Of a DNA stretch of 64,000 nucleotides, positions 63,928 to 64,000 are shown piece after piece. The first letter of the stretch is position 1, and every line of letters begins with the position of its first letter. The notes under the pieces are model-generated. The model did no database searches, was not told the DNA's origin, and saw nothing but the letters and a program-made list of their open reading frames with translations. The position numbers and the translations under genes are program-made. The stretch comes from a virus (lineage: Duplodnaviria > Heunggongvirae > Uroviricota > Caudoviricetes): the IMG/VR virus record IMGVR_UViG_2526164662_000021, positions 32,574-96,573 of that record; one strand, written 5' to 3'.

Positions 63928-63944
63928 ATTGCTCTAATAATTCT
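63928..63944 (+). promoter_or_regulatory. C1 operator upstream of coi-c1
   Basis: ATTGCTCTAATAAtTct. Confidence 0.6.
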
Positions 63945-64000
63945 TGATTTTTATGCGCAGCTGGACGTAAACTCCTCTTCGGACCTAATAACTTCGTATA

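Overview
The window reads as about two thirds of a P1-like temperate myovirus that is maintained as a plasmid (phage-plasmid). The call rests on motifs visible in the translations plus gene order and protein lengths matching phage P1 as I recall it; no database search was run, and all P1 gene names are from memory. In order: tail-fiber and baseplate genes with a 1140-aa Sit-like tape measure/transglycosylase (1-9.4 kb, minus strand); sim-like secreted proteins; the c4 RNA-icd-ant immunity module; kilA-repL; a head/tail-sheath late operon; parS-parB-parA and iteron-flanked repA; rdgC-like hrdC and a 754-aa bifunctional methyltransferase; three tRNAs; DnaB-like ban; a baseplate operon; a long plus-strand block of small genes; phd-doc; lpa; pacA (with its pac site) and pacB; and c1-coi. 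At least 12 copies of a 17-bp C1-operator-like motif and a recurring late-promoter-like element are scattered through the window. Departures from the P1 backbone that I rate most worth a second look: a second icd-ant immunity-like module between pacB and c1; a GIY-YIG/T5orf172-like gene with its own terminator between incA and parA; an ORF-free, hairpin-rich region with a four-copy hairpin family around the tRNAs; an AT-rich island with an orphan ParA-like ATPase; a variable small-gene block upstream of phd-doc; an IS200/IS605-family TnpB insertion next to pacA; and a paralog pair with a frameshift at a T5 tract. No CRISPR array or rRNA was seen.
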